Both the position numbers and the translations under genes were made by a program. Shown here one piece after another: positions 47,177-47,421 of a stretch of DNA of 47,421 nucleotides. The DNA is taken from positions 1-47,421 of IMG/VR virus record IMGVR_UViG_3300045960_000077. One strand, given 5' to 3'. Numbering within the stretch: the first letter of the stretch is position 1; each line of letters starts with the position of its first letter. The DNA comes from a virus (taxonomy: Duplodnaviria > Heunggongvirae > Uroviricota > Caudoviricetes). Under the pieces are notes generated by a model. It did not search any database, was not told the origin of the DNA, and saw only the letters and a list, made by a program, of their open reading frames with translations.

Positions 47177-47421
47177 TTTTAAACGACCAGAAATAGATCC
47201 GCTTGTTGTTTCTGGAGATGAGTACTATGCCATGCAAGATAGAGTAGTACATGTAGCTATAAATGCTTTAAATGAATTACAAGGTAAATTGTTTTTGTGG
47301 CAGCAACAGAATTTCAAGAAACAAGATACTGGGATTGAATGGATGGCTTTAGGAGCCGCAGAGGAAGTAGGTGAAGTTGCCCATGTCATTTTAAAAGCCC
47401 GCCAAAAGATTCGACAACATC
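47163..47421 (+). CDS. MazG-like NTP pyrophosphohydrolase (partial, runs off the window)
   Basis: Manual translation MSCNDFKRPE...WMALGAAEEVGEVAHVILK; EExGE is the MazG motif. Confidence 0.7.
   Translation, partial: MSCNDFKRPEIDPLVVSGDEYYAMQDRVVHVAINALNELQGKLFLWQQQNFKKQDTGIEWMALGAAEEVGEVAHVILKARQKIRQH

Noticed and set aside
1-47421. tRNA, rRNA, introns, inteins, CRISPR arrays, integrase or IS elements
   Set aside because: None recognised by eye; TerL, RecA, primase and capsid have ordinary lengths. tRNAscan/Infernal were not run, so small RNAs cannot be excluded

Overview
This is a 47.4 kb, intact-looking segment of a large, AT-rich, contractile-tailed (myovirus-type) phage genome. Positions 1-33853 (minus strand) form a late morphogenesis operon. 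In transcription order it runs: prohead protease, scaffold, major capsid (SPO1/Twort-like), small head-associated genes, neck, two very large charged proteins, tail completion, sheath, tube, chaperone(s), tape measure, hub, spike, baseplate wedge, fibres, a spanin-like pair and a Gly-X-Ser repeat fibre cut by the window edge. Positions 34056-47421 (plus strand) carry TerS, a DUF559/Vsr-like nuclease, TerL and portal, then a T4-like recombination/replication cluster (SSB, RecA/UvsX, sigma factor, 5'-3' exonuclease, Mre11/Rad50, primase, MazG-like). The strongest candidate for an undescribed system is the pair of giant Lys/His/Glu-rich proteins at 21641-26596. They look like polyproteins of basic modules punctuated by the same [LIVM]-x-K-[ASG] motif seen at the N-termini of capsid, portal, scaffold and protease, they share a segment with the scaffold, and they are bridged by a hidden -1 frame ORF reachable only through an A9 run. 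Other highlights: a CxxCH membrane protein among the head/neck genes, a Cys-less overlapped spanin-like pair, a +1/-2 tail-chaperone frameshift, and Gly-Tyr-Ser repeat proteins. All product calls come from motif recognition and synteny; no database search was run.
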